This document shows, piece by piece, positions 1 to 10,254 of a DNA stretch of 64,000 bases (position 1 is the first letter of the stretch; each line of letters starts with the position of its first letter). The notes beneath the pieces are model-generated. The model saw only the letters and a list, made by a program, of their open reading frames with translations, made no database searches and had not been told where the DNA came from. Location: the sequence record OP123707.1; one strand, 5' to 3'. A program made the position numbers and the translations under genes.

Positions 1-1
1 T

Positions 2-1984
2 CTGACGTACAACTACCAAGCGTTAATCGATGTATTAACACAATTGGACCAAGCTCAGCGTAATGAGTTCAACAACCCAACCGTAGCAACCGAATTAATT
101 GAACACATTAACAAGTCGTTCAAATTGGCTCACCCAAGCGCTACCGCTGAAGACTTTAACCTCGGTAAAGTGGCGAACTACGCTCCTGCAACCGACGCCG
201 ATCTAAACGGTAACTCCGATCAAGTGTATTTGACCTTAGCCAAGGGTCGTGCATTGACTGAGAAGATTCTTACTGATTTAGGGATGATGCCAGATCAACA
301 ACCTTTACCTCCGGGTTCTGAAGTCATCGACGATACGTTGACGACCAAAGATGCTCTAGCGATGTTCTTGAGTAAGAAAGGGTTGTTATCGGAAATCTAT
401 GAAGGTGGTAAGGTCGCCCAGCGTGCAGCGCGTTTGAACTTAGGTCTGAACACTGGTGCTTTGGCTCAGGTCGTTCAAGCGCTAGGTCAGTCTGTTGTAG
501 ATGTCGTTTCTCAAAAACTATTGACAGACGAGCTGGCAAAGAAAGTTCCGACTACTCGTAAGATCAACGGTAAGCCACTGACATCAGACATCACGATCGA
601 CGTGGAAACCATCGATACTTACACCAAAGAAGAAATCGATGTTAAGTTAAATACCAAGCTAAATAAGTCTCTAGTGGTGCAGACAACCGGTACCTCTACG
701 ACACAAGTCATGTCTCAAAAGATCGTCACGGATGAAATCGCTAAACGTGTCCATAACTCACGTACGATCAATGGTAAAGCGCTGACGTCGAATATCTCAT
801 TAAGTGCGGCGGATGTTGGCACTTATACGAAGTCTGAGATCGATAGTAAAGACACCTCAGTCCGTAATGCCGCGGTATTGAAATCAGCGTTAACTGAGTC
901 CACTGGTACTAACACTGAAATCGCGATGTCGCAGCGTGGTGTAACGAATGCCATCAACACCCGTGTCCCAACAGGGCGTAAGGTGAACGGTAAGACGTTA
1001 ACCACAGACATTTCCATTACAGCTGCTGATGTAGGTGCATACACTAAATCAGAAGCGGATTCTCGTTACAACAACTACATTCCGAAATCTCGTATGACGA
1101 ACTCTACCGGTTCTAGTACGGAATACGTAATGACTCAGCGTGGTGTGACGGATCAACTCAACACCAAAGTTCCGACCAGTCGTACCATCAACGGCAAAGC
1201 GTTGACCGGAAACATTTCATTGTCAGCCGGTAACGTGGGTGCGTACACCAAAACCGAAGTGGACAATGGTTTGGCTAACCGTGTTCCTAAAACTTGGATT
1301 CAACAAGGCACCGGGTCCAATACGTCTTATGTGATGTCACAGAAAGCCGTGACTGACCAGTTGAACACCAAAGTTCCTACTGGTCGTACGATCAATGGTA
1401 AGTCCTTAACTGCGAACATCTCACTGGGTGCAGGTGACGTTGGTACCTACACTAAAGCTCAGATCGATTCTAAGATCGGGACGAAGTTAGATAAAGCTAA
1501 ACTGGTGCAAGGTCTCGGGCCGTATGCCGACAACATCATGTCTCAGAAAGCAATAACAGATGCGATCTATGCTCGTGTACCGACAAGCCGCAAAGTGAAT
1601 GGTAAAGCTTTAACTGGTGACATTACCATCACTAAAGCGGATGTGGGTTTACCTCACGTAGAGGACAGGAGGTGGGCGTTAGTTAAATCAGGTTCTTTAG
1701 ATCTTGGTCTGGCGAACGGTAACTACGTATACCGTGGTTCGGTTTACACTGGTATTAAAACCAGCGGGCGTCGTTTTGACCCAATGCGTTATCGTGTAAT
1801 ATTGAAAACTGACGGTACGGTATCGTCATCGGCTCCAACAACCATGTGGTGGAATGCTTATCCTCGCTTGGATGCCCGACAATACTGGAGTGACGGTAAC
1901 CAGCTTTGGATAACCGTTTACAGTTCAGGTTACAAGGTTGCAGGTGGTAAAATCACTGGCTACGATTTGTACGAATGGCGATAA
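2..1984 (+). CDS. Tail fibre protein, 5'-truncated by the window edge
   Basis: The frame is open from base 2 (LTYNYQALIDVLTQLD...), so the track's TTG start at 44 is not the real start. It has six R-x-(I/V)NGK-x-LT-x-(D/N)I fibre repeats and a distinct ~105-aa C-terminal tip domain. Confidence 0.85.
   Translation: MTYNYQALIDVLTQLDQAQRNEFNNPTVATELIEHINKSFKLAHPSATAEDFNLGKVANYAPATDADLNGNSDQVYLTLAKGRALTEKILTDLGMMPDQQPLPPGSEVIDDTLTTKDALAMFLSKKGLLSEIYEGGKVAQRAARLNLGLNTGALAQVVQALGQSVVDVVSQKLLTDELAKKVPTTRKINGKPLTSDITIDVETIDTYTKEEIDVKLNTKLNKSLVVQTTGTSTTQVMSQKIVTDEIAKRVHNSRTINGKALTSNISLSAADVGTYTKSEIDSKDTSVRNAAVLKSALTESTGTNTEIAMSQRGVTNAINTRVPTGRKVNGKTLTTDISITAADVGAYTKSEADSRYNNYIPKSRMTNSTGSSTEYVMTQRGVTDQLNTKVPTSRTINGKALTGNISLSAGNVGAYTKTEVDNGLANRVPKTWIQQGTGSNTSYVMSQKAVTDQLNTKVPTGRTINGKSLTANISLGAGDVGTYTKAQIDSKIGTKLDKAKLVQGLGPYADNIMSQKAITDAIYARVPTSRKVNGKALTGDITITKADVGLPHVEDRRWALVKSGSLDLGLANGNYVYRGSVYTGIKTSGRRFDPMRYRVILKTDGTVSSSAPTTMWWNAYPRLDARQYWSDGNQLWITVYSSGYKVAGGKITGYDLYEWR
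545..1650 (+). repeat. Six tandem ~68-aa tail-fibre repeats
   Basis: R(K/T)(I/V)NGK starts at 557, 761, 977, 1181, 1385 and 1589 (period 204 nt, once 216). Each is preceded by a (V/I/A)(M/V)(S/T)Q(K/R)x(L/V/I)T(D/N) motif. Confidence 0.9.
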
Positions 1985-1997
1985 ACATTTAGCTTAC

Positions 1998-2039
1998 TAG
2001 GTTAGAGGGTCGCGTAGACCCTCTAACCTATTTATTTTT
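1998..2039 (+). terminator. Intrinsic terminator
   Basis: 14-bp stem TAGGTTAGAGGGTC/GACCCTCTAACCTA followed by TTTATTTTT, just after the fibre stop codon. Confidence 0.85.
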
Positions 2040-2050
2040 ACTGTCTTTAG

Positions 2051-2059
2051 GATTTTATG
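2051..2059 (+). promoter_or_regulatory. Putative late promoter GATTTTATG
   Basis: The same 9-mer recurs upstream of virion-type genes (29009, 39266, 57126; AATTTTATG at 51295-51303 on minus). phiKZ non-virion RNAP late promoters have a TATG core. Confidence 0.6.
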
Positions 2060-2142
2060 ATATTGACCAGACAAGGTTACTTTTTTATTAACTTTCCTTC
2101 CACCTTACGGTGTGGACAGGAATCGCCCCGTAAGGACAGATT

Positions 2143-5100
2143 ATGAATCTACCTGAAGTAAAACAGTTCCGACTCGACGTCTCCGGTAAGTCGAAGGAAA
2201 ACTTAATTCCGAGGGAACTTGTCTCCGCCAATGATGAATTAAGAAAGAAAATCATTGTACCTCGTTACGCCCCTTTCTTTATTTTATCTGTGCAAGTTTT
2301 TGCTGTCGGAAGCCCTACCCCATTAGTGCTCGATGAAGATTACGATTTCATCAGCATCGATAACGAATTATCAGAATACGCTGGTGCCCCAGTATCGTGG
2401 GTGTTGCGTAAATTAAAGACCGATCTTCCTGATTTAGAGATCACTTACCAAACCATGGGTACTGTTCCAGCTTTAACTGACACCACTAAGTCTTGGTACA
2501 CCGCTGCGGCGCTGGATCAACGTCCGGTGTGGTTCGACCAAATCATGGAACGTCCGGAACAATACATTCCTCAGCTACACAGTCACGATTTAGCAACGGG
2601 TTTCTACTATTTCCAGCGTTTAGTTCGTTATTACCAAGATCGTTTGGACACGTTGTTCGGCACGTCTGAAATGATCCCTTACCGTGATTGGTTCTTAGGT
2701 CAGTTAAGTAACTTAGAATCGTACATGTTGCCATTCCGTACGTTACTTAACTACTATACTGGTAAACACTACAGTCACAAAAAAGACCCTCACGGTACGA
2801 CCTCAAGAAAGGTCCCAGGGTTGGAACTCATCGACCCGGTAAAAACTGCCACCCTCGGTGACTTTAAAGAAAAAGACGTCTTAATCATGGGAATGTACCC
2901 AGCTAAGATGGGACCAACTTCTTCTTTACGAACAGTGTCGGGACACGCCACTAAACTCATTGAAGAAGCAGGACTTAATCCAGAAGACCACACCATCCCT
3001 CAGTTTGAAGAAAGAACGTTCATCGGGGACGAAACTCATTTAAAGACTGACCGCATTGCTTACGGTTTAGGTGATCTTAAAGTGTCGTGTTGGGTAGGTC
3101 GTGACGGTAAGGGCCGTGGCATGGCTGAATTCTGGGATGAGAAAGGTTCGGTGATCAACCACATCATCAACCATAACCCATTGGGGTTGTCATCTTCGGT
3201 TCACCCTAACCGCTGGATCAATACCCACAAAGCGTTCAAAGCAGACTCTCTCCCTTACCCAGCAACTCGTATGATCCCGGGTGGTAACGCACACGGTTCT
3301 GTCTTTTTCTCGGACAACCAATGGTACTTTTTAAGAAATCGAGATGCTACAATTTACGGTTTCGAGGAACCTTACCCACTCACACCATCGAATGATTTCA
3401 ACATCAACTGGAAAGATTACCATTTAACAGTATTAGGTGATAACATTTGGTTGACGAGAACCAGCGATTATACCACCAAGCCAACGGTGGTGTGGTACTT
3501 GATTAAAACTGCCGCTGGTCGTGCAACGATGGAGTCTTACACGTTTGTTTACAACACTGTTAGTGATGGAGCAGCTCGTAGTGAAACAGCTAAAGTAAAC
3601 TTGTTCTCTCGCGGGTTCCAATCGGGCAAATACTCATCTGGAGACTTAGTCTTCTCTAAAGGTGTGGACTTGGTTGATCTGAGACAACGCATTACACTAC
3701 TTCCGGCAATGATCGGTGGTCAGCTTTATGTAGAGTTCATGCTCCCTGAGTCATTCAAGTACAACGGAGAAACTCGTCACTATACCCACTCCCATATGGC
3801 GAAGTGCATTGTGAACGACACTAACCGTCGTATTACGTTACAATGGACCGACACACGTCCTCGTCCGTACATTCAGACGGACTTGTTGTTCCTACCTACT
3901 CCAGATGCCAATAACTACTTTGAACAAGTTGCGACTCCGTTCCCAACCAGTTTAAGTAATCACAATGCTTCTATCGTTATGATGGAGGAAGAAGGGTTCT
4001 TTGGTTTTGGTTACCGAGACCTCGTGGAAGGTGGTACATTCAGTTACACGTTCATGCCACAGCTCTATGAAGTGGAGTTGTCCGGTCGTGCGTGGAACTT
4101 AGACGGGGGGTCTCCATGGGAGACCGGTCGTTGTGGTGCGCGTATTGTCGAAGATCTTCCTCCTTTGGATGTTAACCATCCAGGTGGACTACAGCCGTAT
4201 TGTGGTGTGATGGCGGAGTCTGAAGAAGACCAACGCATGACGCTACTGAAAAGTTGGAACCGTGAAGGGAAACGTGCTTGGTTTGTGAAAACAGGGTATT
4301 ACAACGTCCGTGATAAAAACATCCTAGGTGCCGTTTACTCCACAACCGGTCAAAGTGAAGAGATCAGTGAAATCCGTAATATGGATAACGACCTCACCGC
4401 AGGTTCCTTTATTGGACCTATGGGAAGTCGTTTCTTCTTAACTACGTTGAACAGTGAAAGTGATACTGACTTAGCCCCAGTGAAAGCGATTGTGGATGCG
4501 GAAGCTTTCCACGCTTTTCAGTACGCTCAGATCACCGACAGCTTCTTATCGAAGTTCCCCCGCACCCCAACCCAGCAATGGACACTGGTGATAGGTAAGG
4601 ACTTTGAGATGCCGAACCTGTTGTACATTGATGATGTGTTAGCGGGTGTGGCTAAGACCACCGTTTACTCGTTCTCATTCAACAGTGCGGTGTTTGATCG
4701 TATTGATGCTTACCACGGTGAAACTCCAGTGACGGTGTTAACAGATCAAGATGCAATCACTATCCACAATAGCCGCGTGGTTCAACACAACATCCCTACG
4801 GGTATCAGACGGGCGTTAGTGGAAAACCCAGAGGTTGGCTTGCATGCAGGGTCCATTAACGTTTACCGTAACAATCAGGGCGTGTTTACGGTATCTCTGA
4901 ATCCTAAGACGCGTGTTGGTGATGTTTATGAGTATGTCAACCTACCGACCACGGTGACGTTGGCGGCAGACAAGACGGTTTCGGTGCTGGTGTCGGAAAG
5001 CTATTCCCACACTTACCAGAACCTACACTTGACCGACCGTTCAGGATGGATGACGACGAACATCGAACAACAAACCTCAGTGAAGGGCTTGTTGAACCCG

Positions 5101-5427
5101 AGCACACGTCACCCGAGTCTTCCATCTATCCCTGGGCAACTTAGCGTTGACGTCATGGCCCCGTTCCATGGGTTGATGAACGTGGATCAAAAGCTTTACG
5201 TTCCACCTAACATCTTAGTGGGTGAACATCGAAGCTTACGACCGATTGATTGGTTAACTTACGATTTCCGTAGTGACGTTCCGGCTTCGGGTACCGTGGA
5301 GTACGACATTTATCTTTGTTTTGGTCACGAAGGTCCGTATCTTCGTAAAGTGCCGACCGATACTTTCCTAGGTGACGCTATACACATCACTATGGTGACG
5401 TTGGATAAAAACGGGATTGTTAAATAA
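2143..5427 (+). CDS. Virion tail/baseplate structural protein (phiKZ gp145/146-like family)
   Basis: 1094 aa. The N-terminal ~250 aa is shared with 5465..7657 (RLDVSGKSKENLI..PRYAPFF vs ELDLLATNPDNYI..PDYSPFY; WFDQIMERPEQY..HSHDL vs WETQVLGKPQTY..HWHDI), followed by a beta-rich C-terminus. Confidence 0.7.
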   Translation: MNLPEVKQFRLDVSGKSKENLIPRELVSANDELRKKIIVPRYAPFFILSVQVFAVGSPTPLVLDEDYDFISIDNELSEYAGAPVSWVLRKLKTDLPDLEITYQTMGTVPALTDTTKSWYTAAALDQRPVWFDQIMERPEQYIPQLHSHDLATGFYYFQRLVRYYQDRLDTLFGTSEMIPYRDWFLGQLSNLESYMLPFRTLLNYYTGKHYSHKKDPHGTTSRKVPGLELIDPVKTATLGDFKEKDVLIMGMYPAKMGPTSSLRTVSGHATKLIEEAGLNPEDHTIPQFEERTFIGDETHLKTDRIAYGLGDLKVSCWVGRDGKGRGMAEFWDEKGSVINHIINHNPLGLSSSVHPNRWINTHKAFKADSLPYPATRMIPGGNAHGSVFFSDNQWYFLRNRDATIYGFEEPYPLTPSNDFNINWKDYHLTVLGDNIWLTRTSDYTTKPTVVWYLIKTAAGRATMESYTFVYNTVSDGAARSETAKVNLFSRGFQSGKYSSGDLVFSKGVDLVDLRQRITLLPAMIGGQLYVEFMLPESFKYNGETRHYTHSHMAKCIVNDTNRRITLQWTDTRPRPYIQTDLLFLPTPDANNYFEQVATPFPTSLSNHNASIVMMEEEGFFGFGYRDLVEGGTFSYTFMPQLYEVELSGRAWNLDGGSPWETGRCGARIVEDLPPLDVNHPGGLQPYCGVMAESEEDQRMTLLKSWNREGKRAWFVKTGYYNVRDKNILGAVYSTTGQSEEISEIRNMDNDLTAGSFIGPMGSRFFLTTLNSESDTDLAPVKAIVDAEAFHAFQYAQITDSFLSKFPRTPTQQWTLVIGKDFEMPNLLYIDDVLAGVAKTTVYSFSFNSAVFDRIDAYHGETPVTVLTDQDAITIHNSRVVQHNIPTGIRRALVENPEVGLHAGSINVYRNNQGVFTVSLNPKTRVGDVYEYVNLPTTVTLAADKTVSVLVSESYSHTYQNLHLTDRSGWMTTNIEQQTSVKGLLNPSTRHPSLPSIPGQLSVDVMAPFHGLMNVDQKLYVPPNILVGEHRSLRPIDWLTYDFRSDVPASGTVEYDIYLCFGHEGPYLRKVPTDTFLGDAIHITMVTLDKNGIVK

Positions 5428-5464
5428 ATCGGTGGGGTTCGCCCCACCTTAATCTGAGGTTTCT

Positions 5465-7657
5465 ATGGAAAACGTAAAGATATTAGAATTGGATCTCCTT
5501 GCGACAAATCCAGATAACTATATCGACGAAACACAGCCGGTAACCAACCGAACACGAGATTGGTACCGCCCGGATTACAGTCCGTTCTATGCTGAAGACT
5601 TCGAACTTTTCGATGGTCAAGGTATGTTGCTGAAACGAGGACGAGATTACGTCTTTGAATCACTAAGCGATGAGCTGGTTGGTAAGACGGGTAAACCGGT
5701 GTATCTTTTCTTCCGTATCATTGGAACGAACTTAAACAACAAAGGTTCGTACCGCATCAAATACCGCAGTGTGGGTAACACAGGTTTCCCTCGTTCGTTA
5801 ATCGGTAAGATGACAGAAGAGTTGATCAACAGCGAGTATTGGGTGGACTGGGAAACTCAAGTCCTAGGTAAACCTCAAACGTACCCAGCGTACCAGCACT
5901 GGCACGACATTGCGACGGAAGTTGCGAACTGGGATCAGTTCATCAGTTTTGCCCAAGCGCACTTGGATCATTTTACCGGTGGTCGTAAGTTACATTGGGA
6001 AGAAAACGAAGAGAAGATCGACGACGCAGAGCGCAGCTTCAGTCAACGTCATGATCGATTCTGGCGAATGTTGGACCGACACGACCAAGATTACGACAAC
6101 CCACACAAACTGGTTCGTTCTGATTTCCCTTTAGTGCATATCCCTAATTTTCCGTTGAGCACCATTCAACAAGATTTAGAAGGGAAGAGTGCGACGTCTT
6201 TCACCACCCCGCTAGGGTTGGAGACGGTAATAAAAGAACGTCGTCGTATCAACCCAGGGAACATTGCCGCTGGCCGTACCCGTTATCATTCTCCTATTGA
6301 CAACCTTGGGGTAAAACCGTACCTCAACGTCAACGTAATGAAACGCGGTAGTTGGATTAAATTCCCTAACGGTGACATGGATTTCATCACTGCTGCCGAG
6401 GGCGGCCTCTACCCAGCGAAAGTTAAGGTTCGTGATTCCAAACCGTATCTAACCGGGGTGACTTATCCATTAGAGCCTGTGTATCCTCAGGTCGGTGGTG
6501 AAGACCTCGTCATGGACCGGACCATTCGTGTCTTAGGATCAGGATTGGCGGTCAACCACCACTCTGACAACCTATCGTTGTTGTTCTACCCGAAAACAGA
6601 AAATTACGCCCATTCATCACAGACTGAGTGTTTCAAAGTCGACATGTCGGAAGTAGCGAAAGCTGCTCATTTGGGTGGTAGTTGGGTGGACAAAATTTGG
6701 TTGTTCCTAGTGGGTAACCGTTTGTTCGGGTTAGGGTTGGTGAATACGTACGCACGTCATTCCTACCGTTTGTTCTCTGCACAGACTGGTGAACTTGGGT
6801 CCAGCACAAGCATCAAGTTAATGCCACACAGCATCAACGTGGAAGATGAAGATGGGTTGTTTGGTCAACCAACGACCGCACCTAATTTGTTGGACATAAT
6901 AGTAGGTAGTGGGGCGAATGAATTCCAACAGTTCCATCACCGTTTCCCAAGCAGTGTGAAACCGCTGTTCACTAACCACATGTTGATGTTAACCGGGGAT
7001 TTAGATTTCCGTAAGGAAGATTGTTTCTTTATTAAGATCGTTTCAACTATGACTGTCAACGGAGTCGCACTTCCGGTGGAAATGTCTTGGACGTTGGATC
7101 TGAATGAGAACAAACTGCTCCGTAATATCTCGGGATCTAATGCGAGAACTTTTACGACCTTAGGAGAAATCAAAGCCTTCGATGAAATGTTGAGTAAGTA
7201 TTGTGAAGGTACCGGTAGCATCATCCCTGATTTTCAATTCACTCGAACAGGGAATCTGATTGCTAACAAAATCATCAACTTCCATTCTCAATCGACTCAT
7301 TTGAACAGTATCACTGAGTTACATTTAAAGGTAATCGGTCCGCACTTGTGGGATGATTATCTGCATAGTGGTGGGGACATTCAAAGTCCAACTTGGACGG
7401 TGAATAAGTGGGAACTTGCTTTAATGGAAACCACTCAAGTTATTTTCCGTGGTAAGTTGGAAATTCTGTATCCGCAGACTTGGGACATTCGTGATTACAT
7501 CGGTGATATGACCAGTGGGACTTTAGTCGTCTCCATCGGTTATTCAGCGGGTAAACTCAAACTAAGATTGAGTACGGGTGAATACCTTTCTCCAAAAGAG
7601 ACTTGGTTGGTTAATGTTGATTTTGATGGACAGGGTATCAGCGACGTTTGGTCATAG
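5465..7657 (+). CDS. Virion tail/baseplate structural protein, paralogue of 2143..5427
   Basis: 730 aa with the shared N-terminal domain and an H-x-x-D-x-x-NPH motif; same operon. Confidence 0.7.
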   Translation: MENVKILELDLLATNPDNYIDETQPVTNRTRDWYRPDYSPFYAEDFELFDGQGMLLKRGRDYVFESLSDELVGKTGKPVYLFFRIIGTNLNNKGSYRIKYRSVGNTGFPRSLIGKMTEELINSEYWVDWETQVLGKPQTYPAYQHWHDIATEVANWDQFISFAQAHLDHFTGGRKLHWEENEEKIDDAERSFSQRHDRFWRMLDRHDQDYDNPHKLVRSDFPLVHIPNFPLSTIQQDLEGKSATSFTTPLGLETVIKERRRINPGNIAAGRTRYHSPIDNLGVKPYLNVNVMKRGSWIKFPNGDMDFITAAEGGLYPAKVKVRDSKPYLTGVTYPLEPVYPQVGGEDLVMDRTIRVLGSGLAVNHHSDNLSLLFYPKTENYAHSSQTECFKVDMSEVAKAAHLGGSWVDKIWLFLVGNRLFGLGLVNTYARHSYRLFSAQTGELGSSTSIKLMPHSINVEDEDGLFGQPTTAPNLLDIIVGSGANEFQQFHHRFPSSVKPLFTNHMLMLTGDLDFRKEDCFFIKIVSTMTVNGVALPVEMSWTLDLNENKLLRNISGSNARTFTTLGEIKAFDEMLSKYCEGTGSIIPDFQFTRTGNLIANKIINFHSQSTHLNSITELHLKVIGPHLWDDYLHSGGDIQSPTWTVNKWELALMETTQVIFRGKLEILYPQTWDIRDYIGDMTSGTLVVSIGYSAGKLKLRLSTGEYLSPKETWLVNVDFDGQGISDVWS

Positions 7658-7668
7658 GAGAGCAGTAA

Positions 7669-10203
7669 ATGAAAATCATTAATGGTGGGATTCCGGGTAA
7701 ACCGCAAGACGCGGTGGAAATCGGTAACGTCTACGCGTTATTGGCTGAGATCGCCGCACGCCGTGGTGAACAAACCCGAGTGACGGATATAGAGACTCAG
7801 AAAGTCATCGACCGTATCACCGCCCAACAAACGTATGATTACGGGAACTTTGAAAAACGTCTTGAAGATCACGTAAAAACACACGGACTGAAACACGGGG
7901 AGAACTTAGAAACCTTAGGTATCCCTATGGTTAACGACTACCCTTTTGGTAACCGCCAAGACATTATCGATGGAGGGGTGTGGGATCATTACTTAGATCC
8001 TCGTTCTTTGATGGATGCTTTACGTGGTTGGGAGTACACCCCAGATCCAAACTTATTAGAACGTCGTAACGAATATTACACGGACACGTACTTCGAGCGT
8101 TTAACTGCATTCAATGGAAATCCTGTAACTACCGTCGCGGGGAACAGTGAATGGACTGACGTAACACCAGTTCACTTTGGTGCGGGTGTGATGGGGATAG
8201 CCAATGTTTCAGACACATTGACTTACTTACCGGTCTTGCCTTTCTATCGTAATTCTCAAATCTCAGAGAGTCAGTCTGCGGGTTTAGTGAACACCAAATA
8301 CGTGGCCTATGGTTGGAACGCCCAATCATTTACTCACACCGATGCACAAGGGGTAGTGACCTACTACATTCCGGATGATTTTAATGTGGATGTCGGTTAC
8401 CGTTTCGATCAAGCGGGAACAGCGAATAGCCTCATTAAAGAAGGAGCATGGTTGCATCAGTATGAAGATTTCAAGACTGGGGTGATTTCTACCATCTATA
8501 TTAGTACAGACGGTATCCACATTGGTGTAGCGGGAATTAAATTTAACGACACCACATTACAACTCGATACAGCTCAAAAGTTTTACCACAACAGTGTCCA
8601 ACTTACCGATCAAGTTATATTGATCCCTTGGTCTGATTTGTATCCAGGACAGACGGTCACGGTAGAACACACAGAGTCTCGTGTCTATGGTGAAATGTAC
8701 AATCCAGATAGAGAGTCGGGCGGTTCACTGTCTGTCTTTGCTAACCTTAATGTAGATGGTCAGTCTGGGTTACATATCTTTGGCTGGCATGTGCGTCCTC
8801 GCTTTGGTGACGACCCTGTGTATGATTTGATACAAGTCTTCGGTCCTGGAGACACAGTCATTGATTCATATCCAGACGATCATCCTTTCCATCCGGTGTA
8901 CGGTCGTGGGGTGTTTAAAAATGACGGAGGACACGTTAGTGCGAAACAGTACGGTCATAGAACTTACTTTATTGAACACTCACATGAGAGCCGTTCACTA
9001 AATGAGTCATTCCAAACTCGCACCCTCCCTGAACGCTACCCTGTGGTAAGTGAACAACGACTAGTGACCAACAAACACTATTCTCGATTGGGAATGCAGA
9101 TGGGTCGGATGTTTGTCAGTAACAACCGTACGGTCATTAATGGTCAAGTTCGTCCTAATGGTGAATGGACCCATTACTTGTGTTCGTACAATACCGTCCT
9201 AGGCGGTGGCACCACACACTGGTCGTACTACGCCCCTGAACGCATCTACCCAATGGCAGAAAACAAACTGCTCAGTCGTGAACTGGTAAACAGTGTAAAT
9301 GAATCCAAAACCTTTACGCTAACTGGTTTGGTGTGGTCCAACAAAAACGGTTACGAAGCCATCGGTAAAGCCAATGCCAAAGTAGGTGGGGACATCTACG
9401 GTAAACCGGCAAAACTGAAAGCGAGCGATTTAGCGAACTTCAAAGCTTCCCATGCGACGTGGTTAGCGGAACGTGATAACCTAGGCTACACCGGCGTCAT
9501 GTTGAGTCAAAATGGTGATGACTACATCGGGTTGGAAGTCCGCACAGACTATACCAACTACATGGACGTCACATTATTAGACGTGAAGCAAGATGCAGAT
9601 GGTGAATACTCCATCACCCGTATGGGGTCACCATTGGTGGTCCGTGCAGGGGAACCAGATTTACCAGCGTTGTGCAATGCTCGCTTGAATCTGATCACGG
9701 ATTATTACGTCACTTACTCAGGTGGTTCAGCTTACGTGATTGTTAAGCATCCGTTTGAACATCATCCGGCTAACTTCGAGTTTAAGATCTACGGCACGAA
9801 GTTAACGCTGAATAACGAGTATGACCCTGAGGTTAACGCTCAAGGTTTGTGTGCGTTTGAACCAGTAATCATGACCCCACTGGGTGCTTGCATGCCAACA
9901 AACGACACAGAGCCGGGTAGTGGCTTATATCGCAATGGTGCAGGGAAAACGGTGAACTTGTACGAAGGTCCTAAAAATGGACCTACTTTCTTAATGATTG
10001 ACCCGGATACTGAAGTGGTGATCAACGGTACTCCGTATGATGTTCCTCCTGGTTTAGTTGCCCGCTTTACTGCTGGCGAATTTACCCGCATCTATCTGGT
10101 CATTAAGAACGGTGTCTTAGACGCAGAAGTAGCTCAACCAGGTTTCAAACATGGTGTACTCTACGCAGTAATTGCACCTGACGGTACAGTCAATTACGAA
10201 TAA
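7669..10203 (+). CDS. Virion tail-associated structural protein
   Basis: 844 aa with a GGAG RBS. The N-terminal DHVKTHGLKHGENLETLGIPMVNDYP resembles the NPH-motif region of the two upstream paralogues; the remainder is beta-rich. Confidence 0.6.
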   Translation: MKIINGGIPGKPQDAVEIGNVYALLAEIAARRGEQTRVTDIETQKVIDRITAQQTYDYGNFEKRLEDHVKTHGLKHGENLETLGIPMVNDYPFGNRQDIIDGGVWDHYLDPRSLMDALRGWEYTPDPNLLERRNEYYTDTYFERLTAFNGNPVTTVAGNSEWTDVTPVHFGAGVMGIANVSDTLTYLPVLPFYRNSQISESQSAGLVNTKYVAYGWNAQSFTHTDAQGVVTYYIPDDFNVDVGYRFDQAGTANSLIKEGAWLHQYEDFKTGVISTIYISTDGIHIGVAGIKFNDTTLQLDTAQKFYHNSVQLTDQVILIPWSDLYPGQTVTVEHTESRVYGEMYNPDRESGGSLSVFANLNVDGQSGLHIFGWHVRPRFGDDPVYDLIQVFGPGDTVIDSYPDDHPFHPVYGRGVFKNDGGHVSAKQYGHRTYFIEHSHESRSLNESFQTRTLPERYPVVSEQRLVTNKHYSRLGMQMGRMFVSNNRTVINGQVRPNGEWTHYLCSYNTVLGGGTTHWSYYAPERIYPMAENKLLSRELVNSVNESKTFTLTGLVWSNKNGYEAIGKANAKVGGDIYGKPAKLKASDLANFKASHATWLAERDNLGYTGVMLSQNGDDYIGLEVRTDYTNYMDVTLLDVKQDADGEYSITRMGSPLVVRAGEPDLPALCNARLNLITDYYVTYSGGSAYVIVKHPFEHHPANFEFKIYGTKLTLNNEYDPEVNAQGLCAFEPVIMTPLGACMPTNDTEPGSGLYRNGAGKTVNLYEGPKNGPTFLMIDPDTEVVINGTPYDVPPGLVARFTAGEFTRIYLVIKNGVLDAEVAQPGFKHGVLYAVIAPDGTVNYE

Positions 10204-10208
10204 TAAAC

Positions 10209-10247
10209 AATAATAACTCCTACCCCCGAAAGGAGGTAGGAGTTATA
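10209..10247. terminator. Bidirectional terminator; exact 39-bp copy at 58291..58329
   Basis: Hairpin TAACTCCTACC-cccgaaagga-GGTAGGAGTTA lies between convergent genes. Confidence 0.85.
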
Positions 10248-10254
10248 TTGCATT

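Noticed and set aside
545-1984. Diversity-generating retroelement targeting the fibre tip, or a CRISPR-like array in the fibre repeats
   Set aside because: No reverse transcriptase or template/variable repeat pair in the window; the repeats are coding and diverged at DNA level, without spacers.
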